Below are positions 12,579 through 25,015 of a DNA stretch of 64,000 nucleotides, in pieces. The stretch spans positions 8,739,490 through 8,803,489 of the forward strand of contig MU058844.1 in NCBI GenBank assembly GCA_013265495.1, given 5' to 3'. The translations under genes and the position numbers were made by a program. A model generated the notes under the pieces. It ran no database searches and had not been told where the DNA came from. It saw only the letters and a program-made list of their open reading frames with translations. How positions within the stretch are numbered: position 1 is the first letter of the stretch; every line of letters starts with the position of its first letter. Origin of the DNA: Vicugna vicugna (taxonomy: Eukaryota).

Positions 12579-12628
12579 TTTATGTCTCTGAAATCACTGT
12601 GCAACTATGATTGTTGTTTGGATAATGT
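12579..12628 (-). pseudogene. Fossil exon with dead acceptor
   Basis: 50 nt, phase 0-2, bridges the 13006 and 9965 exons exactly; TLSKQQS*LHSDFRDI(K); acceptor reads tgtgg instead of AG; donor gtatgt. Confidence 0.6.
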
Positions 12629-13005
12629 CCACAGAAAATTTATGATCAAAGATGAAAAATTACAAGAGATCCACATCTTCTTCTGTTCAGCCTTTGGTCA
12701 TTTGGGCCTAAGTGTTGGCTTTTAAAAAAAAAAAAAATGAGTACCGACAACATGCAAGGAACTGTTCTACCGGCTGATTAAATAGCAGCAAGCAAAGCAA
12801 ACAAAGTCCCTTTCCTCATAGAGGCTGCCTTCTATAAGGCCATTAAAGATTTTTCCTTGGAAAGAAAACTAGTCATTGGAGGGTTTTGAACACAAGAGAA
12901 ATGTGCATAGGAGCAGAATTAACAGTGCTGCTTCCATAATCCTTGTCACAAATAAAATAAACTCTTTGCACGCTAGGATAAACAAACAAACAGAAATTAG
13001 GTTAC

Positions 13006-13110
13006 CTTTCCTGGTTTTAATTTTCGAAATAAATGATATATTGTACTTTTTCCACAAGTTACAAACTCCTTAGCAAAAACAACTTTATCCTTGACTTGCA
13101 ATGCTAATGC
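13006..13110 (-). pseudogene. Fossil exon, buttress
   Basis: 105 nt, phase 0-0, tatgttcag acceptor, AAG|gtaacc donor; open ALALQVKDKVVFAKEFVTCGKSTIYHLFRKLKPGK. Confidence 0.75.
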
Positions 13111-13501
13111 CTGAACATAAGTTACAAGTTTGTTATATAATCACCACGTTTGAACACTGTTTTACCAACTAGAATAGATTAATATAAACTTGGAAAACTT
13201 AGTTATCTTGCATATTCCTTTAAATTCTTTTTTTTTTTGGTTTATTTTTTATTTGATTAAAATTGAATGATAAGGGGAAAAAGAAAAATTGCTAGAATAA
13301 GGTCCTTGAGTCATTGGGAGAGTATTAGGATGTGTGCTGGTAAACTGAACAGCCAGCAATCTGGGGAAAAGCTTTGATTCACAGCATTTGCCAATTTTCA
13401 TGGTATAAATACTTCTTCCCCTCAGTTTTTATTGTTTTGTTTAATTAATAGTAATTATGACACAGTGAGGCAAGTGCATCTACCTAAAGGTTGTCATTTA
13501 C

Positions 13502-13598
13502 CCAGAATTTTTTTCTAGTATTTCTTTTTTGGAACGTGTAAACATGTTTGCCATTTTATCAGCATTACTGGGCCAGCAATATTCATGCACCATTACTT
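13502..13598 (-). pseudogene. Fossil exon, end of AAA5
   Basis: ttcatcctag acceptor, gtaaat donor; (K)VMVHEYCWPSNADKMANMFTRSKKEILEK ~ KVSLLNF...KERPELEE; 97 nt, one A short in a homopolymer of restoring phase (EKKFW|ALALQ). Confidence 0.75.
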
Positions 13599-13978
13599 CT
13601 AGGATGAAACAATACGCATGCTCACTTTTTAAAGTTACAATAATTCTCTTCTTTCATTCAGGTAGGAATGATAGAAATACAATAATAATGCTATTATATT
13701 TATACAAAGGCACTGAAAGAATTGAATAAAATGGCATCATTAAATTCAGAGTCATTCCACTCCAGCACACCAGAATTTAAACTGATTGAAACAAAGCACT
13801 ACAAAATAATTTGAGGAATATACTGGGCACTTCTATTGTGGCAAAAAATTTATTTAATAGTCTTCCTTCAGTTTAAAATGAACATCATTTTTTATTTTTT
13901 GTAAAATAATGGTACAATATTAATAAAGTTAGATGTTGATGAAAACAATCTCTTAAGTTTATGCATAGAGATTTTCAC

Positions 13979-14052
13979 TATTTGTGGGAACCAATTGTAA
14001 TGCTTTCTCTTCCTTTATTGAGCATGTTATATCCCAGATGCTACCTGTGCCC
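13979..14052 (-). pseudogene. Fossil exon, AAA5
   Basis: Strong acceptor ttcttttatttcag, weak donor gtgaaa; phase 2-1, open GTGSIWDITCSIKEEKALQLVPTN, compatible with both neighbours. Confidence 0.65.
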
Positions 14053-14214
14053 CTGAAATAAAAGAACTGAACTACATGGATAAAGTCTCAGCATTAAAAT
14101 ATTACAGAGAATTAGTCATATTATTTTATAATAGATTTCATAATAGTTTGTTAAAAGAAAACAAAGTATTGTTCATGTGTTTTTCAGGAAGATAAGTAAA
14201 GGAAATGTTGGAAT

Positions 14215-15022
14215 ATGTCAGAGGTTGAGCTCATCAAGAGGGAGATTCTGAGAAGACATTTGCATGTAAAGTTTATTAACTATTTCCACACTTGTGGAAG
14301 GAAGGCAAGAAAGAAGACTGGCCAAAGGGAGATGTTAAGCTGTGATGCAGTCTCAACAAAGGCTTCAGTCAACCTTCAAAACAAGTCCAGAAGGTGATAC
14401 GACCCTTCACAGTTTTCCTTAGTTAGAGCAAGAGTGCCAGGCTTCAGTAGTCTTGCACTGACCAATCATTAAATGGTCCCTTTGGGAAGGGACCATGGCC
14501 ATGGGTGAGGAGACTCTTCAACTATGTAATTCTCAAATAAGGCTACTTGATGGTAAGTTTTATGCATTACCTTGACTAGGTTAAGCCCCAGGATATGCAA
14601 TCAAATACTAATATAGGTGTTGCTGTGAAGGTAATTTTGGTTGACTTGAAATAGGCTTGATAATCTGGTTGGCCCTGATTCAATTAGTTGAAAGACCTTA
14701 AGAATAGAGCTATGACTTTCTTGAGAAAGAGGAAATTCTAGAAGAAAAAGAGCTTTAGCTTGAGCCCAAAAGGTCCAGCCTGCCCTTTCTGATAGCCTGG
14801 CTCTACAGATTTCAGACTTACCCTGCCAGCCCCTATAATTGTGTAGGTCATTTCCTTGCAGTAATTTTCTTCATATATATCTCCTACTGATTCAGTTTCT
14901 CTGAACACTGACTGATACAGGCTGACAACTAAAAACTGTCTACTAGCAGAGTGCCTAGTAGCTGGTTCATTAAACCTTCTGTCCTTAAGGGGTATCTGAG
15001 CTGGATATCACAGTGTTCACTA
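14215..15022 (-). mobile_element. ERV-L LTR (LTR16-like) interrupted by MLT2
   Basis: agattctgagaagacatttgcatgtaaagtttatt...gctgtgatgcagtctcaacaaaggcttcagtcaacc; resumes after 14920. Confidence 0.6.
14546..14919 (+). mobile_element. MLT2 solo LTR nested in LTR16-like element
   Basis: tgatggtaagttttatg...gaacactgactgataca; imperfect 5-bp TSD ggcta/ggctg. Confidence 0.75.
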
Positions 15023-15779
15023 TGGGGTAGTTAAGTTAGTCCTTGTTCTCTACCTTTTACATTCAAATTTATACTTCCTACCACATGCCAGGCAGAGAAA
15101 GATGAGGGAAGACTAGAACTATTAAGCTAGTGTACTAAAGATCACTCTCATGTTTAGGAAGCAGAAATCCAATTCAAGCAGTCTTCAACTACATAAACTG
15201 AAAATCTGAGTACAATGCTAGCTTTAGATGCTGTTGAACCCAGAGATTCAAAACTAATGATAAATTTTTGGATTCCCATCTTCATCTTTCATATCTGTTT
15301 TCATCTGAATTAAAAACATTCTCACCACTTGTTGGCTCCTCTATTGCTCGGGACTTCATGAGCCTCACACAGGCAAGTTTGATGCAAACAAAGAAAAAAA
15401 AATCTGCATTTCAAGCATTCTAATTTTAGAACTAGTATTGAGTTTTAATTCTCATATTTGGATGATAAGACTAACCCTGAACCAACCAACCCCTATGAAC
15501 AAGGAAGATAAAATATGCTGATTGACTAACAAAATGTGGGTCACTCAACTTCCATTGGAGGTGGAGGTTTTTAAATTTCATGTAAGGAAAGGAGCTGAAG
15601 CACTGAGGAGGAGGTGATAGTGACATACTTGTCTATAGCTGGTAATGATCACTATAAAGATAAACTAAAAAAATCCACTCCAGAATAAGAAGATGACAAG
15701 GAGGTTGGTCTGTCTCAGCCTAGACTCTGAGAAGACAATCTCTTATGATTAAATAAATGTTACTAAGTAAATAATAAAT

Positions 15780-16780
15780 ACTCATTAAATAGATATGTTT
15801 AAAATAAAATACAGAATATAAATTCAAAGATAAGAAGGGACAATGTGTTATAAAAATGGATGGATTTTTAAAGAAAAAAATAAAGCATATAGAGTTAAAC
15901 TATATAGTTATTGAAGTTAAAAATCCAATAGATGGGTTAAATAGCCATTTCGTCACAGCATAAGACAGAATCAGTAAAATAAAAGATAGATTGATGGAAA
16001 CTACCTAAAATGTAGCACTTAGAAAAATCTGAAAAATTAATATAGAGGGAGAATTCAACATATATTGAATAGGAATTGCATAAATACAAACCAAATGGAA
16101 TGAGAAACAGCACTATTTGAAGGAATAAAGGCTTAACATTTCCCAGTATTGATAAAAGACATAAATCCTCATGCTCAAGAAGCACAATGAGTTTCTGAGG
16201 AGAATAAACAAAAAATAAAGCCATACTTCAACATACTTTGGAGAGTACCAAAGCCAAAGATCTTAAAATTAGCTGAAAGGAAAAGTAAGACCAGGTACAG
16301 ATGAATGGTCATTTTTGAACAGTAGACTTTTCTTCTTAAAATCAAAAATCAACAGAAAGTATACTATTAGCTTCAATGTAAAAGAGAGAAGAATAGTGTA
16401 CACCTGAAAGTCTATTCAGTGGTGTGCTGGAGCCAGCTCATACTGGCTTGGAAGAGAAAGCTGTTAAACCATTGCCAGTTCCCAGGTTCAAGAAACAAAT
16501 AAAGTCCTTGTGATAGTAGCTATGAACTTTCCTGAACTGATAAAAGAATATCTCATATTACAGTAGCTCAACATAAATAGGGGAAACAAAAAGAAACACA
16601 TTTTCAGACATGTCAGAGTGAAAATTTAGAACACTAAAGGCAAAGGCAAGATCATAAATGAAGCTAGAGGAACAAATGTTAATTTGCTTGTCAAAGATTT
16701 TCTCTATATCACCAAAGGGAATCATAAGACAGTGGAATAATGTCTTCAAAGTGATACAATTTAGAATTGTATGCTAGTCA
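15780..16780 (+). mobile_element. Old L1 ORF1-region fragments with a short MER63-like hAT end at ~16417-16480
   Basis: A-rich decayed ORF1-like sequence (gataaaagacataaatcctcatgctcaagaagcac); cagtggtgtgctggagccagctcatac terminus. Confidence 0.55.
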
Positions 16781-17379
16781 CATGTGTATTTTAGCTAGCC
16801 CCATTTAAGAAATAGTATATTTTAATATGGAATGAGCTAAGCATTTTATACTTTTCTTTAAAAATTGAAATAAATTATACATGAAAGGATGATATAAAAA
16901 GAAGTCCTGAATTAGGTGAGGTCTGGAATTACAGTATAGCAAGTATAGTAAAGTTTTGATTTTACTTGTAGGAAAACAAATGGTGCAGAAAGAGAAAGTG
17001 GGGCAAGAGAAATGTATTTCTGTTTAAGATAGAAGAAGACATGGCATGACTATATGTTAAGAAAGATAATTCAGGAGGAAAGGGAGATGTAAAAAAGGAA
17101 TAGAAAGGGGTCAAGTGGGAGCAAAACTGTAGACTATGAAAAAACAGATGGGATGTGGCAGATAAATCTTTGATAAAACTACAAGTAATTCATTTCTTGT
17201 AATGGAGGTGAGGCAGAGAATATGAGTCTAGTACAGTAGATTAAGGTATAGTGAGAGAATGAAAGTGTTCTAATAAGAAGATTCTATTTCTCAACTTCCT
17301 ACTCCTTGAAAATCCTGAAACAGTTTGATTTTTGAACTTTCTCATTTCATGAGAGAAATGGAAAAAGAACAAGAAAGAT

Positions 17380-17620
17380 ACCAACATTTACAGAATATGA
17401 GATATATTCCAGGCACTCTTAAGAAACTTTACTTACGCTATTCCATCTTATCCTCATGAAAAAAACTCCTGAAATAAAGGCATTAGTGTGGCTATTTTAT
17501 TGATAAGAAAACTGAGAAACAGAGGTATTCAGCTATTTGCCCAAAATGAAACACTGTTAGAAATGACAGGATTTAGAACAAAGTTCTGGCTGACTTGAGA
17601 TTCCCTGTTCTTTCCATAAC
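17380..17620 (-). mobile_element. MIR
   Basis: ccaggcactctt...ttattgataagaaaactgagaaacagagg...ttgcccaa. Confidence 0.7.
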
Positions 17621-18243
17621 TCATCATTGCCTGAATAATTAAAAACCACATGCAAGAAACTTCATTCAAATTCATTTTAATGAAAAATTAATACGAATAT
17701 GCTTTTAAAAATCTTTCCTATGGTGTAAATTTTATGATAATGATCTGAAACAATTATTATAAGTTCTCCTTATTTTCAGTTTTAAAGGACTTAAGACCAC
17801 ATTGGCACTCTTGTAGTACTTAACAGACAATTTTTAAGGGAGGGTGCTTAGAAGCCAGTATGTATTTTTTATAGCTCAAGATTTGTCTTAATTTGCTAAT
17901 TCCTCCATTTTGCTATATAATTCTGATGCTCAGTAATTATTTATAATTTTTGAAATTGATAACACACCATATATGCTTAATGTCAAAAATCCAGCACTAT
18001 TTTCACAAAGTCCTGAATTTCAGGTAAAATATCTTGCATTGTAAAAACAGTGCAGTGTCAGAAAGTAACTGTCCACCTGGTGCTGAATATCAGTAATTAT
18101 TTTTCATTTGTCTACAACAGGAACATAGTTGTATATTCTGCCATTCTATTAGTATATACCGTCATTTATAAATCAACAGCTTAACTTTAATAAAAATTAC
18201 GGAGTGTGAATGATATTTTTCTTTTTTCCTTGTAAGTACATAC

Positions 18244-18332
18244 CATATTAAGCTTCTCTGCTCTTCTGCAATGTCAGCAGATAAATATTTGATGCTACCC
18301 ATATATGGGAAATTTGACAGTACTTGAGAAAT
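18244..18332 (-). pseudogene. Fossil exon, AAA5
   Basis: 89 nt, phase 0-2, acceptor ttttctccaatttataaag, donor ATG|gtatgt; open ISQVLSNFPYMGSIKYLSADIAEEQRSLI(W). Confidence 0.7.
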
Positions 18333-19579
18333 CTTTATAAATTGGAGAAAAGAAAGCTATATTCTGCTTTATCTAATTATTATTAATATTAATAAATTTC
18401 AGAAATAGGTACATAATCAAAAGAGATTCTATTATATATAAAGTTAGTAGAATGCAAAATAATTTCACTGGAAGTCAAAACAAACAACACAAAGAAGCAT
18501 ACTAATATTATATGTAACTCCACTTCCCTCATCCTTTTGAATGATGGAAATAAATAACCAAGACAGAACAGGTTTTTGAAAATGTTAAAAATGTTAAGGT
18601 TGTTTAAAAGGAAATTTTTCAGAAAAAGTACAATGCATAAGGACATATGAGACAAGTCTGTTGTTTTTAAAAACACAAGTTACGACAATTAGAAATATTC
18701 AGATAATTATTTTACGATTAATATTATGGGTGGTCCACTATAGAGAGTCTGGATTATGCTGACTTTTAAAAAAAAAGAGTACTGAACTTTGTTCTGAAAG
18801 GCACTTAGGTGGATCCTTTTGATCCCATAAAGCTTTTATTCTCTGTCTGGACAGTTTATTTCAGCTTTACTTTTACTTCCAGTGTGTGATCTTACTCTGT
18901 GCATGGTCTGCATTAAGACTTGGGCTTTCAGGGGTTTCACCCGAGTGATGGCCTTGAAAGGAAGTTCTTTTCATTCTGGTCAAGGTGGAATATCATGGTG
19001 TGACCTCTATTACCATCATTCAGCCACACAGCACTAGGTCTTGTCCTTTGCATTTGTAGCCCAGCTATTGATCAAAGACTCATAAGGAACCCCACTTAGG
19101 CTTCTGGATTATCATCATTAGCCTTGAAATTAGCAGCCACTGAATCAGTCTTAACTCCAGTCCATGATCTTTGGTTCAGGGAAACCATGATTCATACATT
19201 TTGCCTAGTTTTATAATTATTTATGGCAGAGGATAGGTGCAGTACCAATTACCCCACTGTAGCTGGAAGTGAAAGTTCCACAGCTAAATTATTAACCAAA
19301 ACAGAGCCATGATTTTTTTTTTCCCTCCTAAGAACTCTCTCCTTTCCTGAAGGGTATTTAATCAATTAAAAAATCATAGGCATCAAATGTGTATTGTAGA
19401 AGGGAGTAAATGAATATTACCTTTTGTAACTTATTTGTTGTTACCTGAGTTTTCTATTATAAAGTAAAATGATGCAGATATTAAAACAAAAACAGAAAGT
19501 AAGTAAAAACCCTGTAATTGTACAATTCATAGAAAATAGCAGTATGACCACTTCAGTTTTTTCTTTTTAAAACTTGATG

Positions 19580-21000
19580 CTCTGTCAATTGAAAAAGCCT
19601 AGAAGCAATGGCAACATAACAGTACTGAGCTCTTCTAGCACTCATATATTCGTCTCTAAATGACTTTTCTCACTGTAAAAAGGAGGTCTACTTGAAAACA
19701 TGACTGATTTCAAGTCTGGGTCAGAAAATGTGCAAAATGAGCCTAGGATATCATGTTGTGCTAGACAGTAAGTTATACAAAACAAATGGGGTGATCCCAA
19801 AGTTCACAGGAAGTGTCATTGACCAAAGATAAGACAATGTTAGTCTCAAAAAAAAAAAAAAGATTGAACTTGTTTAAAACACAGTGAGTATTAAAGGTCA
19901 TGAGTTTATCACAGTATTTTTTTTTAAAGGAGAAACAAAACTCACTGCACACCACAAGAAATAGACAGCATAGCAATCACTCTAATTGAATTCAAAGTAT
20001 GATACTTTAAAAAGTACAAGTTATTCTCCCTTTCCAACATAAACTGTAATTCATAGTAACAAAAAAGACCCTAGTAGGTGGAGAAAACTATCTTTTATAC
20101 AGAAGAATTTTAAGTGATAAATGCAGATGTAACATAATCAGAAAAATCACTGTTTTGCTACCTCTAACAAAAGAACTGATCTGGAGGATGCTCAATAATA
20201 GATGCTAAAACCATTAGATGAACCTTGATGGAGAACTCTGCAACGAAGGAATCAAGCTGCAACCATCTGAAACCATATGCCAAGCAGAATCGCTGAACAT
20301 AGACAATTGGACAATATGTGCCTCCACAGTGATGTAATACGACATATAAAGCATCACCTATAAAACCTTTTTGCAAAAAAGAAAAAAGAAGTACCTGAAT
20401 TGAATCAAGTTTTTAATAACTTATATCAGTGTCACAGAGTGAAATGCCACAGGAAATAATCACCCAGATCCAGACTGGATCATCTACAAGATAACTGATC
20501 TAATTTCCTCAAAAAAGCAGTGACATGAAAAAGAGTAAGAGGACAGGAGACTTGTGTATATTAAAAAAATAAGAGAGAGACTGATTTAGGAAATGCAATA
20601 CCAACTACAAAGAATGGACTGTTTGGATTGGATTCTAATTTTAAGAAAGCAAATGTAAAAAGAAAATTTTGAGACATTTAAAGCCATTTTAGATGATAAT
20701 AAGAAATTGTTAACTTTGTTAATTATTCATAGTAATAATGGTATTATGAATTCATAAGAAAATTACTTTCTTTCCCTTTAGTGTATACTGAAAAAGAATG
20801 AAATGATATGGCTGTCTGGGATTACCTTTAAAAAACTTCTGCCCTACCTCACTCTCACTGCCCATCCCTCCACCAAAAAAGGACAAAGTAGACTAAAACA
20901 GGTACAGCAAAATATATAGGATTTTTGAAACTGGGTGATGGGAGTCACAGGAGTTTATTTTACTCAACTATTGTGTATGTCTAGAAATTTTATAAATGCA
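19580..21000 (+). mobile_element. Old L1 (L1MC/ME-type) 3' region
   Basis: gaaaaagcctagaagcaatgg...; ends gaaactgggtgatgggagtcacaggagtttattttactc, typical old L1 3'UTR. Confidence 0.7.
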
Positions 21001-21729
21001 AATTTATAAAGAGTAAATAAAGATACATGTGAAGTTATATTTTACTGTCTTTGAAGAGTAACATTTAAAACAGGCCTTATTTTAAAATGTGCTCTTAATT
21101 CCCTCAATTGTCCAAGACAGGAACTTGAACTCAGTTCACATGTAGCATCAATATGATACATATTATACCAAGCAGGAAACAGATGAGACCCTCAAAGGGG
21201 TTAACTGACAAAAGTTTAATGACTGAACTGTTTACAGATATGAGCTGAGGGTGAAGGAAAGCAAGAGATGGTGAAGGCTAAGGGACTTACGGGAGCTAGT
21301 ATTAATTACCCCGGGCCTGCAGAAATGAGAGCAGGGAATGGAACAGTGTTCTGGAATCTGTGACAGCTGGGAATGGGTCACAGGAAAGGAGCTATAGCTG
21401 CGGAGACAAGGCGTGTGCAAGAAAAGCATCATCTTCTAATCCCCTGCTGGCGTCTTCTATCTCTATAGTCCAATTGGAATTCAGAGGCTGCAGTCTGCAG
21501 AGGTCAGACTGCAGGGACACAAAGCAAGGCAGAGGGGGGCAGACTGGATGGTAGATGGGGAGACAAGGAAAAGTGCAACAGAGAAAAGTGTTAACCTAAT
21601 TGTTCATTTCACTGTAAGTCTGCATCTAACTTGAAATAAGTTCAGATAATGTAAGGTGAAATTTTACAAGATTTCAGAGATTTTATAGTATGGACAATAT
21701 CTGTCAAATTTCTGTTTTTGTAAATCACA

Positions 21730-22082
21730 AGTTGTCCATTGCTTCCATGTCTTGGCTTTTGTGAATAATGAGACAATGTAAATGGTCCTTAAGTGTATTA
21801 TGCTAAGTGAAATAATCCAAAGACCAATACTACATGGTATCATATATTTGGAATCTCAATAAAATGTCAAAGTCATAGAAACAGAAAGTAGAAAAGTGGT
21901 TGGCAGGGATTGTGAGGCTGGAGAAATAGGGAGAGTTTGGTCAAAGGGTATAAACTTTCAGATATAAGATGAACAAGATCCGAGGTTCTACTGAATAACA
22001 TGGTGATTATAGTTGATAATATTGTACCATATAATTTAAATTGCTAAGAGAATAGAACTTAAATGTTCTCATCAAATAAAAA
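21730..22082 (+). mobile_element. L1 3' end with short inverted 5' segment
   Basis: ~21730-21778 is antisense L1 (ttgcttccatgtcttggc); then sense tattatgctaagtgaaataa...aaatgttctcatcaaataaaaa. Confidence 0.75.
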
Positions 22083-22087
22083 TATAT

Positions 22088-22771
22088 ATATTTTTCAGAT
22101 TCTTTTCCATTATACATTATTACAAGATACTGAATATATTCCCTGTGCTATATAGTAGGTCCCTGTTGTTTATTTTATATATAGTACTATGTATCTGTTA
22201 ATCCAAAATTCCAAATTTATCCCTCCCCACTCCCTTCCCCTTTGGTAACCATATGATTGTTTTCTATGTGTGTGAGTCTATTTCTGTTTTGTAAGTAAGT
22301 TCATTTGTGTATTTTTTTTAGATTCCATATATAAGTAATATCATAGGATATTTGTCTTTCTCTGACTTACTTCCCTTAGTATGTTAATCTCTATGTCCAT
22401 CCATTTTGCTGTAAATGGCATTCTTTCTTTTTTATGGCTGAATAATATTCTACTGTATATACACCAAAACTTCTTTATCCATTCATCTATCAACAACCAT
22501 TTAGATAACTTCTATGTCTTCGCTATTGTAAGTAGTGCTGCTATGAACATTGGAATGCATGTATCTTTTTATATTAGAGTTTCTCTCTTTTCTGGGTATA
22601 TGCCCAGGAGTAGGATCACTGGATCATACGGAAACTCTATTTTTAGTTTTTTAAGGAACCTCCATAGTGGCTACACCAAATTACATCCCTACCAACAGTG
22701 TAGGAGGGTTCTCATTTCTCTGCACTCTCTCCAGCATTTTTTATTTGTAGACTTTTTGATGATGGCCATTC
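22088..22771 (-). mobile_element. Cetartiodactyl-type L1 3' end
   Basis: ttcagattcttttccattatacattattacaagatactgaatata...gatggccattc, antisense ORF2 end/3'UTR. Confidence 0.85.
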
Positions 22772-22774
22772 CTC

Positions 22775-23155
22775 CACAAAAGTTGGAAAAGAGGAAAAGT
22801 ACTGAAGGACACTGAGGGGAGTGGAGGTTCAGTCAATGTGATTAGACCACCTGTGTTTTCTAACTGGTGCTTATAGAAATTATATTTCTACCCTCCCACA
22901 GAAACTGAGACATAGGGATGATATCTTTCTTGATGATTATATTAAAAAATGAATCTCAGGTCCTTGTGAAAGACATTCTTAGACTGTAGAAGATTTATTT
23001 CTCCAAAGGGCAGAGAATTAGTTTACAATTGCAAGTTTTCTAAACTAAATGTTCTAAAAGGGGAGGTCAGGGGCCTATATTCAGTAGGTAACTTGGCTAA
23101 AGTTTAGTAAAGCTAAACTTGAAGGGAACATTAAGGAAAGGCCATTGTGGTCAAA
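22775..23155 (-). mobile_element. ERV1-type LTR fragment
   Basis: ttgcaagttttctaaactaaatgttctaaaaggggaggtcagggg...ccattgtggtca resembles ERV1 LTRs in antisense. Confidence 0.5.
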
Positions 23156-23316
23156 TTTATCAATATTCTAATTATTGGACCTGAAATTAAGATTTTATAA
23201 AATATCATGTATTTTTTGTTTGGTGCTTTCAAGGCATTTAGGGACACATTACTATTTTAAAGTTGATCTTATGTTTGATCTTAGGGGAATTTAATTAATT
23301 GTGCATTTTGTTTTAC

Positions 23317-23659
23317 CTCAAAGAGTTATGCTTTCATAAAACTGTGTTTTCCATGTAACAGGAAAAGGGATATGCAGACACTTTATCTCAGTTGAATAAG
23401 CAGCCAACTTGCTGTCATAGATAATGAGGGGCAAGGAGCAGCCCAACTGTTGAGAAAAGTAATAAATCTGCACATTAACTAGAAAGGAACTCTATATACC
23501 AGGGCTCCTTTATGGGAGGGTTGGCATAACCATAAATTGTAAATCAAAGCATGAACAAGCATTGCATGACAAAAAAAAATATTTCAGGCAATTCAGTGAA
23601 GAAAATCTACCAGAAAATTGTTCTCGTCTCTCTTTTCTGATTGATGTGTAATTTATGTT
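23317..23659 (-). pseudogene. Fossil exon, post-stalk segment and start of AAA5
   Basis: NINYTSIRKERREQF, then ANPPIKEPWYIEFLSS ~ GDPVKIRAWNIAGLPT, then frameshift to LGCSLPLIIYDSKLAA ~ RRWPLMIDPQGQA; acceptor atctttag, donor GAG|gtaaaa. Confidence 0.7.
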
Positions 23660-24279
23660 CTAAAGATTTGTTTGTTTGTTTGTTTTCAAGTTGGGTGAAC
23701 ATACACAGAGGACTATGTTGGTAGAATATTTAAAGGATAATAATTCTATTAAATTCCATAAAAAAGGTAAGCAGAGAAAAGTGAGTCATCTTTTTAACAA
23801 AGAAAGGACAAATCTAAGGTTATCTTCTTTTAGATATGACCAAAATGCTAGAATTGAAGACATTTGGAGTAACTTTGCTTTTATAAACAGAGGAATGACT
23901 AGGTACAGAAAGAATATCTGCAAATGTTTAAGGGGGAGAAAAAAAGAAAGAAAAATATCAACAAAGGATTATGATGACAAGTTGTGAAAGTAAGGAAAAG
24001 AGGCCATTTTCTTAAAATCCTGACATCCACTCTACATCTCACTGAGAAACTGATCATTAATACAAGAACCAGTCTCTAGGTGTAACCTTACACTACAGCA
24101 GTTTCATAGCTACTCATGCTTAAGTTAATCAATAGAATATAAATTATAGTTCATTTCAGCATGAGGTCAAAGATTTAAAATATTTATTTATATGTATATA
24201 TGCTGTTTTTTTTTCCTTTTCAAGCTGATTCTTCTCTTTCTGCTACTAAGTTTGAAACTATTCAAAGCAGAACTCATCA

Positions 24280-25015
24280 AAGTTTGGTCCTATGCCACTG
24301 TTCTCTTCTCACTCTACACTCTCCCAATTTCATCTATATCTGTGGCTTTTTGTTGTTTGTTGTTTTTAGTCACATGAAGGAAGATGGTTAGATGAGTTAC
24401 AGTTTGTAATCTGATCTAGGTCTATACTGTAAGCTCCAAACCAGATACCAACAGTTTACCTGGCATTTTCTCCTGGGAGTCTGAAAAGCATCCCAACACA
24501 TCTAAAGCTGAAGTGAAACCAAACATGATCCTTTGCCAATGGTCTCTGTCCTGCGGAAGGCAGTGCCCTGCTCACTTCCCTTTCCCTCACCATCCTCCAT
24601 ATCCAGTGCTTTTCCCATGACTTGCGACTTTTACATCTTTAATATCTTTTGAAACTTTTTGCTTCTTTCCATCTTCATCTGAGCTAGCATCCTTTGACAT
24701 CCACATAACTGCAATAGCCTAGACCATCTATCTTTTCTCCTTGCCCTTTCCTCACCTCCTGCACCAACACATTCATGTCACTTTTTACTACAGCTGGAGT
24801 GAGCTTTCCGGAATGTAGACCTAACAACCACATCAACCCCCTCTTTCAACTTTCAGCGTCTTCCCTTTGTTTTTAAAATAGAACAGGATGTTTTTCTATG
24901 ACTTTCAAGAGTCCTATCTTGCCAGCCTTATCTTACCCCATGCTCTCCCTTGCTGTTCTCAGCAACCATGCTGGCCTTCTTTTGCTCCTTTACCATTTTG
25001 CTAACATACTGTACA
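24280..25015 (+). mobile_element. L2 fragment (continues ~27598-27870 after Tigger1)
   Basis: Pyrimidine-rich L2 3' region (ccaacagtttacctggcattttctcctggg; gcaaccatgctggccttctt). Confidence 0.7.
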
